From Candidatus Methanomethylophilaceae archaeon (lineage in GTDB: Archaea; Thermoplasmatota; Thermoplasmata; Methanomassiliicoccales; Methanomethylophilaceae), in the NCBI GenBank assembly GCA_050950505.1, contig JBMNHS010000001.1:1-64000 (forward strand): a DNA stretch of 64,000 bases, given 5' to 3'. How positions within the stretch are numbered: position 1 is the stretch's first letter; each line of letters begins with the position of its first letter. The position numbers were made by a program, and so were the translations under genes. Of the stretch, positions 1 through 8,972 are shown one piece after another. The notes under the pieces are model-generated. The model was not told where the DNA came from. It did no database searches and was given only the letters and a program-made list of their open reading frames with translations.

Positions 1-23
1 CACCTTGATTAAACAATAAAAAA

Positions 24-46
24 GGTTGACGGAATTTCCGTCAACC
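24..46. terminator. Inverted repeat (GGTTGACGGAA/TTCCGTCAACC) flanked by A- and T-tracts; probable terminator of an upstream gene
   Basis: 11-bp perfect inverted repeat, A-run before and CTTTTATTTT after. Confidence 0.55.
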
Positions 47-83
47 CCAACCTTTTATTTTAATTCTGAAGGAGGTGCGATAA

Positions 84-692
84 ATGACAACGTGTGAATC
101 GAAAGTAAACATCGGGAAGAAACTCCTGGTTCCTGCGATAGCGTTGTTGCTTTGTTCCTTCGCATTTGTCGGTGCGGGTTATGCTGCGCTCACAAGTTCC
201 ACGTTAAGTAACAACAACTCCGTGGGAACGGATATTATCGTATTGACATTCGTGGACGGCAGCGGCAATAACATTGCATCCGGGGCGTTCAGCTCAGGTT
301 ATAGTTACGAGGTCGGAGTCAACAGCGTCATGAATGGTACGAATACCACATTCGAATACACGTACGGCGCTTTCTCAAATGAGAAAATCGGAGAAAGCAC
401 ACTCAAGATCGATGCGACCGAATCAACTGTCAATAAGGTGAAAATCACATACGAATTCACTACGAATCTTACCGGCGGAGGACTTCCAACCGGCATGAGT
501 GTTGAAGTCAAAATGGGAAGTTCAACGGTGCATGCAACCAACGGGCATACACAGATCATAACTCCCGAGGATGTGAATACTTTCGACATGGAAGTACTTC
601 TGTCCTCCACTGCTCAGACATCCAGTACCAAACCGCTGCCTTTCACGTATACGTTGAAAATCATCGCTGAACCGATAACGACACAACCTTAA
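84..692 (+). CDS. Secreted protein with SipW/TasA-like signal peptide (paralog 1)
   Basis: SD GGAGGTG at 71-77; KK + hydrophobic core + GAGYA|ALTSS..N.V; Ser/Thr-rich, beta-like mature part. Confidence 0.75.
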   Translation: MTTCESKVNIGKKLLVPAIALLLCSFAFVGAGYAALTSSTLSNNNSVGTDIIVLTFVDGSGNNIASGAFSSGYSYEVGVNSVMNGTNTTFEYTYGAFSNEKIGESTLKIDATESTVNKVKITYEFTTNLTGGGLPTGMSVEVKMGSSTVHATNGHTQIITPEDVNTFDMEVLLSSTAQTSSTKPLPFTYTLKIIAEPITTQP

Positions 693-700
693 ACTCAAAC

Positions 701-728
701 ATCGGCAGAGAAACGATTCTCCGCCGAT
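701..728 (+). terminator. Stem-loop after paralog 1
   Basis: ATCGGC-AGAGAA...TTCTC-C-GCCGAT inverted repeat. Confidence 0.45.
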
Positions 729-785
729 CAAACAAATTAAAAATCAAAAATACAATTGAACAACAAAATCAAGTCGGAGGCAAAC

Positions 786-1379
786 ATGACCGGATTCAAC
801 GGGAAGAAACGGGAGAATCTTCAAACCGCATACCTGATACCCATTGTCACGATACTGCTCAGCGGTTTCCTGTTCATAGGGATAGGGTTTGCCGGAGTCA
901 CGAGTTCTGTAGAGGTCTCCGGCAATGTCGGCACCTCCGATATCATAGTTCATCTGGAAGACGAAGAGGAAAATTACATGGTGCCGGGAGATTTTTCTTC
1001 GGGAAAATCCCTGAAATATACCCTGGTGGGCAGCAACTACAATATTTACGCAGGAAATTTTGAGTTGGGCAATGCCACTCTCGTCATTGATGCCACCAAC
1101 AGCGTTGCAGAATCAATAAGCCTGTCAACCGGTGTCAAATATAAGTTCGAGAACGACAGTAATTACATAAACGGACTCCCTTACAATTTAACTCCCAGGT
1201 TTGTCATAAAAGACAGCTCGGGCGTAACCATTACCGATCTTTCCGAAATCAGCATCAATGCAGGGGAAAACAGATTCAGCGTCGTATTTTTCGGAGACCT
1301 CAGTCAGAAGTTTGACAACGGTACTGATGTGCCCGATAACTTTTATTATCAAGTATTGTTCGGAATCACACCTCTGTGA
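786..1379 (+). CDS. Secreted protein with SipW/TasA-like signal peptide (paralog 2)
   Basis: SD GGAGG before ATG 786; GIGFA|GVTSSVEVSGNVGTSDIIV aligns with paralog 1, also FSSG and LxIDAT motifs. Confidence 0.7.
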   Translation: MTGFNGKKRENLQTAYLIPIVTILLSGFLFIGIGFAGVTSSVEVSGNVGTSDIIVHLEDEEENYMVPGDFSSGKSLKYTLVGSNYNIYAGNFELGNATLVIDATNSVAESISLSTGVKYKFENDSNYINGLPYNLTPRFVIKDSSGVTITDLSEISINAGENRFSVVFFGDLSQKFDNGTDVPDNFYYQVLFGITPL

Positions 1380-1478
1380 TTTGACGTTTTAAATTGATTT
1401 TTTAACATTTGTAATATCGGAGGATATTTATCTGATTTCTAAGAATCATTTATTAAACGGACAGAGTATTTCGTATGT

Positions 1479-1976
1479 ATGGATCGAATCCGTGAACAAT
1501 TCAACCGGTATCCGTCACAGGCCAAAGTGGCCGACATCATGCTCAGATACGGTATCAGTTGCAGTTATGGCAAAGCATTCTGCGGAGATGTGGAGATTAC
1601 CGATTCCGCACTTGCCCGGGCCACCGGCGTCGACCGCCGGGTCGTCAGATCCGTTCTTGAACGGATGAGCGACGAACCCGATCTTGACAGGATATTTTCC
1701 AAATTAAGACCGATTCTGATGCTTGACGGCATCGCATCGGAAATCGGATGCTCGGTTCTGGAAATCGTTCCGACGGACGCCAAGATGCCGGGGATTCTGA
1801 CCGAAGTGAGTTTCGTCATATTCCGTGCGGGTTTGTCCATAAGACAGGCCGTCGTCAGCGACAACGGCGACCGAGAAGATTCACGTCTGATAATTGTCGT
1901 TGACGGTCAGATGCCGTCTGACATCATTCTCTCGCTCCGTGAGTGCCGCGGAGTGTCCGGGGTAATAATCCGTTAA
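1479..1976 (+). CDS. Archaeal ACT-domain regulator of amino acid metabolism (COG2150-like)
   Basis: YPSQxKVA, HTH LARATGVDRRVV, C-terminal ACT (PGILTEVS...SIRQAV); TATA-like element at ~1449-1457. Confidence 0.85.
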   Translation: MDRIREQFNRYPSQAKVADIMLRYGISCSYGKAFCGDVEITDSALARATGVDRRVVRSVLERMSDEPDLDRIFSKLRPILMLDGIASEIGCSVLEIVPTDAKMPGILTEVSFVIFRAGLSIRQAVVSDNGDREDSRLIIVVDGQMPSDIILSLRECRGVSGVIIR

Positions 1977-2291
1977 ATTCATACGGGTACTCTTGATTGT
2001 TTCAATGAGAAACAATGGGAATGGTGTACCCCCAACGATTTATTCATGTTTCATTCGGATATGTCAGAGTCATATAAGCGAAGTCAATCACCCTGCAGGC
2101 ATCTGACTTCGACAATAAACATACCGTTCATATAACATTGTTAATATATTAAGTGTACAACTATTCGTTATTACGGTCTAACGAAGTCTGTCTGGTATTG
2201 CGTATTACGGAAGGGATTACAGGCATAATTCCTGTGCTCTTCAAAAATCCGATATACAATAAGAACCAAAGACTCCGTAGGTATGTTCAAT

Positions 2292-2961
2292 ATGTCAAAA
2301 TACAGAACAGAAGAAAGGAACGGGAACAAAAAAACTCCTGGTTCCGGTCATAGCGCTGTTGCTTTGTGTAACAGCTTTCGCGGGAGTCGGCTACGCCGCC
2401 CTTACAAGTACTGTGAGCAACAGCGATAACGTAGTCGGTTCAAGTTTTGCTATACTTAAAATAACAGACGAAGACGGCGATACGGACATTACGATTTCTG
2501 GTGACGCCGTCATTGACTACGGGACAGTTACAACCGAGACGGGTACCTCATTCTTTGTTGAAAATGAGGATGTGGCAATAGGCCGGGGTATTCTAGAAGT
2601 GGACGCCAGCAATTACAAGGGAGACGATGCCAAACTGAGCTACAAAGTATTGGTATATGATCCTGCTGACAATGTTGAAGATTATGTTGCCAGTCCGGTT
2701 GGTGTTCTGAAATATATCGTGGGGTTCGAACTTGAGATTAAAGATGGGGAGGCCCCTCTTACATTGAATGACGACAGAATTCAAAAAGCAATAGAGAGCG
2801 GAAAAGAATACGAATTTGAGTTCGTTCTGAAGGCCATTTTTGATGACCAGTATACGTCTGAATCTATCGAAGATGGAGATCCATTCCCTCTCGGGGTAGA
2901 TAAACCTGAGCTGTCTTTCAAGTACAAGATTGTGTTCACGCTTCACACCGACGGAAGCTGA
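2292..2961 (+). pseudogene. SipW/TasA-like secreted protein paralog 3 with an apparent +1 frameshift near the start (or a sequencing indel)
   Basis: KKLLVPVIALLLCVTAFAGVGYA|ALTS is in the 2359-2961 frame, which has no upstream ATG; ATG 2283/2292 is one base out of frame; A4 and A7 runs lie between. Confidence 0.6.
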
Positions 2962-2970
2962 ACTTTAAAT

Positions 2971-2998
2971 CGGGCGGCACATGTTCATGCGCCGCCCG
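2971..2998 (+). terminator. GC-rich stem-loop after paralog 3
   Basis: CGGGCGGC...GCCGCCCG followed by a T-rich tract. Confidence 0.5.
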
Positions 2999-3169
2999 CA
3001 CCCATTTTAATCTGATTTATGCATTCGGTGGAATTCACACCGATGCAAAATGAAGATGTTGATTCTACGATGCATTTCTGTTCATAATCCATGAACTGAA
3101 AATAAAAGAAAGAAGTTTGTAAGGTTTTGCCGAAGGTTGTTATTCATAACGTACGGATGAGTTCCGGAA

Positions 3170-4804
3170 TCATTCTTCGGTGATTTTCAGACTCTTGTAT
3201 ATCAGAACCCTCTGGGGACATTCCCGTTCGCATCTGCCGCATGCGTATCCGCCGCAGAGATCCGTACGGATGTTTGCGTAACGTCCGTCATCCTCGTCGG
3301 TAATCTTTATCGCGCCTTCGGGGCAAACCCGTTCGCATTTGCGGCAGAATATGCATCCTTCGATGATTCCCCTCAGCATGGTGCCCGGATTGTCAAGAAC
3401 GAACACCGGAATCTTCTCGGTGTCGGGAAGATCCCTTTCCGTGATGCGTTTGACGGTTGGATTTTCATCGGGATCCGGTATCGGCGGTATGTTGTAAACC
3501 GCCAGCATGTTGTTGTATTCGGACATGGGCATGTTCTGGACCCAAAGAGAGAATTCGATGGAATATATGTCCTTGAAAATCTCCGAGGTCGCGAACATAC
3601 AGTGGTCTGCTCTCAGTTTCTTGGCCATTTCCCTCAGTTCTTCCAGATCCATTTCCCCGGTTGCGACTTTGCGGGCCAATCCGATCGATGTGTTTCCGAA
3701 CTGAACTATGTCGTTGACGCCGGGAACCACCATTCCTATGGACAGTGCTTTCTTGGCATCCACGTACAGACCGGAAGCTCCGGACATGTAAGTTTTCTTT
3801 ATGTCTCCGGTCCACATTCCCGCTTCGTCCAAAAGCGTGAGGAATCCCGCCCTGAGAGCGCCGATGGCTTTGCCGGCTTCCTCTATGTCCCTGGGGGTGA
3901 TGTCTATCCCGTCCTGAAGGTGCATCTTGCCGTCTTCGGTGTCTATTTTGGGGGGAACTATGAGACCGGTCTTCAAACCGCAGTAAAGGGCGGCAACCAC
4001 CCCCGTTCCGGTTATTCCGATGGCTTTGCCGTGCATGGGACCTTCTTTCACGACTTTGCCGGTTTTGGGGTCCACGGTGTCGCCTTCCCTGGGTGCCATG
4101 GTTTCATCCAATACCGTGCAGACCCATCCCTCGGAAGTTACGTTCACGTCGGATATCGCCCCGGGGGAGGCAAGCATTCCCCTTTCAATCTCCTGACCTT
4201 CGAGTGCAGGTCCGGCGGCCGCAGAACCCGTAATGATTTTTCCGTCATGTATCAGAGCCATTTCGGCATTGGTGCCGTAATCGGCCACGATGCAGGGTTC
4301 GGTTTCGCTGAGAGCATCGGTCATCAGAAGCATTGCCATGGCGTCCGCGCCGATTTCATGCCTCACGGCCGGAGGTATGGTCACCATGGCGTTGGGCATT
4401 CCTTCCAGACCCACTTCGGCCGCCGAAAGCACGGCGCCGTCTCTCTTCGGAGGTTCCACTCCGAGGTCGATAAGCATGTTTTTGCCGGCGTATGCCAAAT
4501 CTCTGATTTCTATTCCCTGGAACAGGGACAGCTGGAAAGGATTTCCGCATACCCCCAAATGTTCGACTTTGCTGAGATCCACGTTGAGTGTTTTGAACAA
4601 CGCGTTGATTGCGTTGAGAAGAAGTCCGGTGGCGGATTCCACCCCGTTCTTCATGGCAAAGTTGACATGGTCTATAACATTCATTCCGGGTATGGGATGA
4701 CGCTGGGTTATCGATGAAGCCAGAGTCTCCATTGTATCCAGGTCTATCGCTTGACAGCGAAGACCGCTGGTCCCTATGTCTAATGCAATACAGTATCTCG
4801 TCAT
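3170..4804 (-). CDS. ramA: Methylamine methyltransferase corrinoid reductive activase RamA
   Basis: ALDIGTSG ASKHA start, HEIGADA, DYGTNAEMAL, AAAGPALEGQ, two C-terminal 4Fe-4S motifs; lies next to the pyl genes. Confidence 0.93.
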   Translation of the reverse strand: MTRYCIALDIGTSGLRCQAIDLDTMETLASSITQRHPIPGMNVIDHVNFAMKNGVESATGLLLNAINALFKTLNVDLSKVEHLGVCGNPFQLSLFQGIEIRDLAYAGKNMLIDLGVEPPKRDGAVLSAAEVGLEGMPNAMVTIPPAVRHEIGADAMAMLLMTDALSETEPCIVADYGTNAEMALIHDGKIITGSAAAGPALEGQEIERGMLASPGAISDVNVTSEGWVCTVLDETMAPREGDTVDPKTGKVVKEGPMHGKAIGITGTGVVAALYCGLKTGLIVPPKIDTEDGKMHLQDGIDITPRDIEEAGKAIGALRAGFLTLLDEAGMWTGDIKKTYMSGASGLYVDAKKALSIGMVVPGVNDIVQFGNTSIGLARKVATGEMDLEELREMAKKLRADHCMFATSEIFKDIYSIEFSLWVQNMPMSEYNNMLAVYNIPPIPDPDENPTVKRITERDLPDTEKIPVFVLDNPGTMLRGIIEGCIFCRKCERVCPEGAIKITDEDDGRYANIRTDLCGGYACGRCERECPQRVLIYKSLKITEE

Positions 4805-4817
4805 TTTCCGTCTTCCT

Positions 4818-5624
4818 TCACTTTTTGGATGAAACCACACATTTGGCCGCCATGACGGCAGTCCCTATATTGAGTGGGTCATGTATTATCATATCGGATT
4901 TCCGTTCTCCCTCTTCATCGAAACCGTAGGGAATTCCCATGGAAGATATCACCGCCCCCTTGACGATGAGTTCGCTCGGTATCAGACCCGGGGCCGCGTC
5001 GATGATGTATTTGTGGGACGCTATTCCGTCATTTACCTCAACCGAAACCGCTCCGTACTCGGAAGCGAGTTTCTCCGCCTTTTCGGATATTATGTCGGTA
5101 ACGCTCACGTTGGCCCCTTTCCGCGTAAGTATCCGCACCGCTTCCGATCCCACCCGTCCGGCTCCGATCACCAGAACGTCTTTGCCTTTCAGTCCTCCCG
5201 CGGCAACGTCCAACGCTTCGGTGTATCCCGCGGCGGTGGATGATACGTTCTCGGAATGGACGCCGGTGACGGTGTTGTAAGCCAGGAACCTTTTGTCGTC
5301 GGCGATGAACAATAAATCCGCGCCTTTCTCCAACGCTTCGTAAATCCCGTCCACGTCGGGTTCGGAAGTCACGAAACAGTTGAATCCCATTTCTTCCAGG
5401 ATTGCTTTCACGCTCATGGAGAAACCGCCTATCACACCCAATCCCGCCGTTATGGGAACCGAAGCGGCGGAATATTCAGAAAAATCGTATTCATCGGGAT
5501 TCCCGCCGATTGCCTTGAATGCCAGTGTTTTCAGGTCCATTCCGATCTGTTCTTTGAGTTTTTCGCTGCGTTCCCGGGCTTTGGCCGGCAAATCGACTAT
5601 CATGTCTTCTGTGAGTCTTGTCAT
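4818..5624 (-). CDS. pylD: Pyrrolysine synthase (3-methylornithyl-N6-lysine dehydrogenase)
   Basis: MTRLT start, PITAGLGVIGGF, ADD, Rossmann GAGRVG, HDPLxIGTA; position in pyl operon. Confidence 0.93.
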   Translation of the reverse strand: MTRLTEDMIVDLPAKARERSEKLKEQIGMDLKTLAFKAIGGNPDEYDFSEYSAASVPITAGLGVIGGFSMSVKAILEEMGFNCFVTSEPDVDGIYEALEKGADLLFIADDKRFLAYNTVTGVHSENVSSTAAGYTEALDVAAGGLKGKDVLVIGAGRVGSEAVRILTRKGANVSVTDIISEKAEKLASEYGAVSVEVNDGIASHKYIIDAAPGLIPSELIVKGAVISSMGIPYGFDEEGERKSDMIIHDPLNIGTAVMAAKCVVSSKK

Positions 5625-6784
5625 CAAACCATCTCCGGCCCGGAGTCTGAAAACTTCTTCACTCCGGACTCTTCAATAATGCGGTCAAGAACTGACAGAC
5701 GTTGTTTCTCAGCTTCTTTCATATCCCGACCTTTCGTGATTACCGTTGCTCTCCATTCCGTTTTTCCCGGTTCGTAATCGGTAATCATTCTGTATGAACC
5801 GAACAGACCCGCGACAATCCTAGGATTGTTCACGGGTCCGAATTCCGTCTCCCCGCAGGTTCTGAGAACGCCGTCTTTGAACACATAATGTTCATAAATA
5901 CCGGCTCCGCGGCGACTTTTCTTGTTTATGGGGTTACCGAGTTTGCACCCGATGAGTTCCTCCAATAAGTTTATCCCCGTCCCGGCTTCCACCGCGGCGG
6001 GGGTCTGACTGGGTATTCTCGCATCGATTTCCAGCACTTTGAGGCCGTTGACGGAATATATGGCCTCCATGTCCATGAGCGCGCTCAATCCGATGGATTC
6101 CGCCGTCTTTCTGCAGACGTCCCTGAACAGTCCGTCATCCTCCGGAGAGAGGATGTCCGGTGCGCATATTACCATTTTACAATCATAGTTTTTGTCCAGA
6201 ACGACTTCCGTCGCAACGTAAGAACGTGCTTTTTCTCCGTTGCCGATCGCTTCTATGGAAACACTCTTTCCGGAAACAAATTCCTGTATTATGGGCACGT
6301 CGTTCAATCCTGCGACCTTTTCCAGGGCTTTCCGCCGTTCCCATTCGTTCTTCACCGCCGTAACGCCGACGCTTCCGCTCTGACAGGAAGGTTTCACGAT
6401 TGCGGGAAACCCGCATTCCGGCCAGGGTTTCGGCAAAGGAACTCCGGCTTCCGCCATGAATGTGTTGGAACGTTCCTTGGAACAGGATATGTCGTAAGCC
6501 TTAAGATCGAACAGGAAGGGTATTCCGGTATCTTTCAGACTTGTGTCAAGAATTTCAAGAAGATCTCTTTCCTCGCAGGCGGGGATGACCGCATCGCAGT
6601 CCTGAAAGATTCTGAGCGCGGCATCCATGTCCTTCGTCGGATCGAGAACGTGATGTTCGTCGGCGATTGAAAGCGCGGGGGCGTTCGGTCTTTTGTCAAT
6701 CACTGCGGTTTCGATTCCCGCCATCGTCGAGAGATAAACCGCTTCCATGCCCTGAAGGGCCCCTCCCACTATCGCGAGTTTCAT
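5624..6784 (-). CDS. pylC: 3-methylornithine--L-lysine ligase
   Basis: GGxLQGxE, ATP-grasp KPSxxSGSxGV, EIDARxPSQTP. Confidence 0.95.
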   Translation of the reverse strand: MKLAIVGGALQGMEAVYLSTMAGIETAVIDKRPNAPALSIADEHHVLDPTKDMDAALRIFQDCDAVIPACEERDLLEILDTSLKDTGIPFLFDLKAYDISCSKERSNTFMAEAGVPLPKPWPECGFPAIVKPSCQSGSVGVTAVKNEWERRKALEKVAGLNDVPIIQEFVSGKSVSIEAIGNGEKARSYVATEVVLDKNYDCKMVICAPDILSPEDDGLFRDVCRKTAESIGLSALMDMEAIYSVNGLKVLEIDARIPSQTPAAVEAGTGINLLEELIGCKLGNPINKKSRRGAGIYEHYVFKDGVLRTCGETEFGPVNNPRIVAGLFGSYRMITDYEPGKTEWRATVITKGRDMKEAEKQRLSVLDRIIEESGVKKFSDSGPEMV

Positions 6785-6785
6785 T

Positions 6786-7835
6786 CTAACAACCGCCCAT
6801 CCCCTTTCTTTTGGATTCCATCATTTCCCTGAATTCTTCGTTGGTGGCGGGACGCTTTCCGATTTCCCTGAGAATCTTGAACACGTATTCAACGGAACGG
6901 AGTCCGCTGTCTATGTCCAGTTCGTGCTGTGCCACTCCCGCAAGTTTCCTGTTGGGGGGAACAATGGATGTGATCAGGTTTGCTCCGGCGTTTATCCGGT
7001 CCACCATGCCCGAAATGCCTTCCACGTCCAGGGTGGCCGGTATGATCTTGTCGGGATACATGATTCTCATGATGGCTATCGACAGCAATTCATCGGTTGA
7101 GTCCGGGGGTTGCATGTCGCTCATGGGCGTTCCGTCCTGAGGGACGAAGGTCATGGCGCGTATCTGTTCGCAGCCCTGCGGGCCCATTCTCATGACGAAG
7201 TCCGCCTTGTCCTCCACGGTTTCGCCGAGACCGGTCATCATCCCGTCTTCGGTCAGCATTCCCGCTTCTTTGGCCCATTTGCGGACGTCTATGCGGGTCT
7301 GATAGTCCTGTTCGAGCCTGAGCTTGGCAAACAGCTCCCGGTTGTAGGTTTCCTGATAACAGGCGTAGAAGTCGGCGCCGGCTTCCCTCAGCTTGGGGAA
7401 GATTTCCTTCGGCACGGCTCCCGGGGACACCATTATCCCGATGTCCACGGCTTCCCGCACGGCTTTGACGATTTCCAGCAATTTGGCGCAACCGTCTTTG
7501 AACATTACGGGGTCTTCCCCCATGGTAAGGTCCACCAGATTTATTCCCGCGTCGCAGAGATTCTTGGACAGTTCCACAATCTCCTCGAGGGATTTTCTGT
7601 ATCTCTCCAAACCGCTGGTTCTTCTGAAGTAACAGAAAGAACAGTCGTTTTTGCAATAAGTCGAGAAATATACGAAACCGTAAGTGAATATTTTGTCCCC
7701 GTATTCTCTGTCCCGTATGTTTCTTGCGGTTTCGAACAGGAGTTCCCGTTCTTCCGGATCAGCGTTGAAGAGCCTTACAACATCATTCTTGGTAAGCTCT
7801 TCCCCGGCTGCCGATCTGTCTAATATTTTTTGCAC
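6786..7835 (-). CDS. pylB: Methylornithine synthase (radical SAM); ends in TAG
   Basis: YGFVYFSTYCKNDCSFC, DLTMGEDP, CYQETYN, LAGVAQ; GTG start. Confidence 0.95.
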   Translation of the reverse strand: MQKILDRSAAGEELTKNDVVRLFNADPEERELLFETARNIRDREYGDKIFTYGFVYFSTYCKNDCSFCYFRRTSGLERYRKSLEEIVELSKNLCDAGINLVDLTMGEDPVMFKDGCAKLLEIVKAVREAVDIGIMVSPGAVPKEIFPKLREAGADFYACYQETYNRELFAKLRLEQDYQTRIDVRKWAKEAGMLTEDGMMTGLGETVEDKADFVMRMGPQGCEQIRAMTFVPQDGTPMSDMQPPDSTDELLSIAIMRIMYPDKIIPATLDVEGISGMVDRINAGANLITSIVPPNRKLAGVAQHELDIDSGLRSVEYVFKILREIGKRPATNEEFREMMESKRKGMGGC

Positions 7836-7850
7836 ATCCGTGGAATCACC

Positions 7851-8675
7851 TCAATCGATTTTACGTCCGTTCAGATACGTCAGGCTGCGCCCGGTCTTGC
7901 GGACGGTGTTCTTGTCATATTTCAGAGCCAACAGGCGTTCAAGTCCGAATCCGACTCCGCACCAGGGCTCGTGAATGTCATGTGCCGCATCAAGCTTGTG
8001 CGGCCCGACGGCTCCGGAAGCCACTTCCGTGCCGTCTATCTCAACGTCCAGGGTCTCGACGTACACGTCGGATTCCTCCCTGACCGTTTCATATTCCAGA
8101 CCGACAACGTTCATTATGACGTCAATCAGTTCTCTCAGTTCTGCGACGGGATCTTCCAGTTGACCCTGAACCACAAGATTCAGCATGGTAAATTCTTCCA
8201 GATGCTTCCCGCTGTTGGATTCTTTCCTGAAACATGAACCGATTTCAAAGAATTTGATTATGCCGTCGGTGTGGTCACGGAGTTTCCGCATGTATTGGTA
8301 AAGGTTGGGAGCCAGCATCGGTCTCAGACAACGTTTTTTATCGATGAAAAACACCTGTCTGTAAAGAGCGTGATCTTCGTTGATCGTCATTTTTTCCAAA
8401 GCCGATTTCGACATTACGGTGGGTGTTCTTACCTCGATGAAGCCCAAATCGATCAGGGCTTTGCTCAGGTCCCGTTCCAATTGTACCAAGTCATGTCCTC
8501 TCGGGTTTTGAATCATGCCCTTTATCGCAGAATTATTGGCTGAGATTTCGGCGGCCATCAGTTTGGTGAAAGACCTGTCCCTTTCATCGTTGTCAGAAAA
8601 TTCTGATTCGTCGACGGGACCGTCGCCGTATTCCCTTAGTTTCTGTATCTGAGATTCCGTGTAACGAATGACCAT
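7851..8675 (-). CDS. pylS: Pyrrolysyl-tRNA synthetase lacking the N-terminal domain (274 aa)
   Basis: CLRPMLAPNLY, FEIGSCFRKES, HLEEFTMLN, GFGLERLL, YLNG; length and N-terminus (YTESQIQKLREYG) fit the Methanomassiliicoccales type. Confidence 0.97.
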   Translation of the reverse strand: MVIRYTESQIQKLREYGDGPVDESEFSDNDERDRSFTKLMAAEISANNSAIKGMIQNPRGHDLVQLERDLSKALIDLGFIEVRTPTVMSKSALEKMTINEDHALYRQVFFIDKKRCLRPMLAPNLYQYMRKLRDHTDGIIKFFEIGSCFRKESNSGKHLEEFTMLNLVVQGQLEDPVAELRELIDVIMNVVGLEYETVREESDVYVETLDVEIDGTEVASGAVGPHKLDAAHDIHEPWCGVGFGLERLLALKYDKNTVRKTGRSLTYLNGRKID

Positions 8676-8695
8676 TGAATCACATATTTCCGTTA

Positions 8696-8766
8696 TGGCG
8701 AGAGACCGGGGTGTCGAACCCCGCTAGCGAGGCTCTAGAGGCCAGCTGGTCACCGGACCGTCCCCC
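8696..8766 (-). tRNA. pylT: tRNA-Pyl (anticodon CUA) with encoded CCA
   Basis: GGGGGACGGTCCGGTGACCAGCTGGCCTCTAGAGCCTCGCTAGCGGGGTTCGACACCCCGGTCTCTCGCCA; cloverleaf, short D arm, interrupted anticodon stem; directly upstream of pylS. Confidence 0.95.
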
Positions 8767-8792
8767 ATCCGTACGGCGTTTATGATTGTAGC

Positions 8793-8799
8793 TATATAA
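8793..8799 (-). promoter_or_regulatory. TATA box for pylT-pylS
   Basis: TTATATA on the - strand about 27 nt upstream of the tRNA 5' end. Confidence 0.65.
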
Positions 8800-8972
8800 T
8801 AACTGTTGCAAGTTGAAACGGGATTATTTATTCCGATGAATATTTCCATTCGACGGAGGTTATATTTTTCACTGTGCCAGCATATCGGACAGGTTTGTGG
8901 ATAAGGTATTTATTCATCCTGAAATCCGTCCGAAAAATTCTTGAAAAAAATCAGGATTCCCTGTTGAAAAAA

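Noticed and set aside
2153-2353. 66-aa ORF ending in TAG
   Set aside because: GTG start, no SD or motifs, and it overlaps the promoter and signal region of paralog 3; probably spurious.
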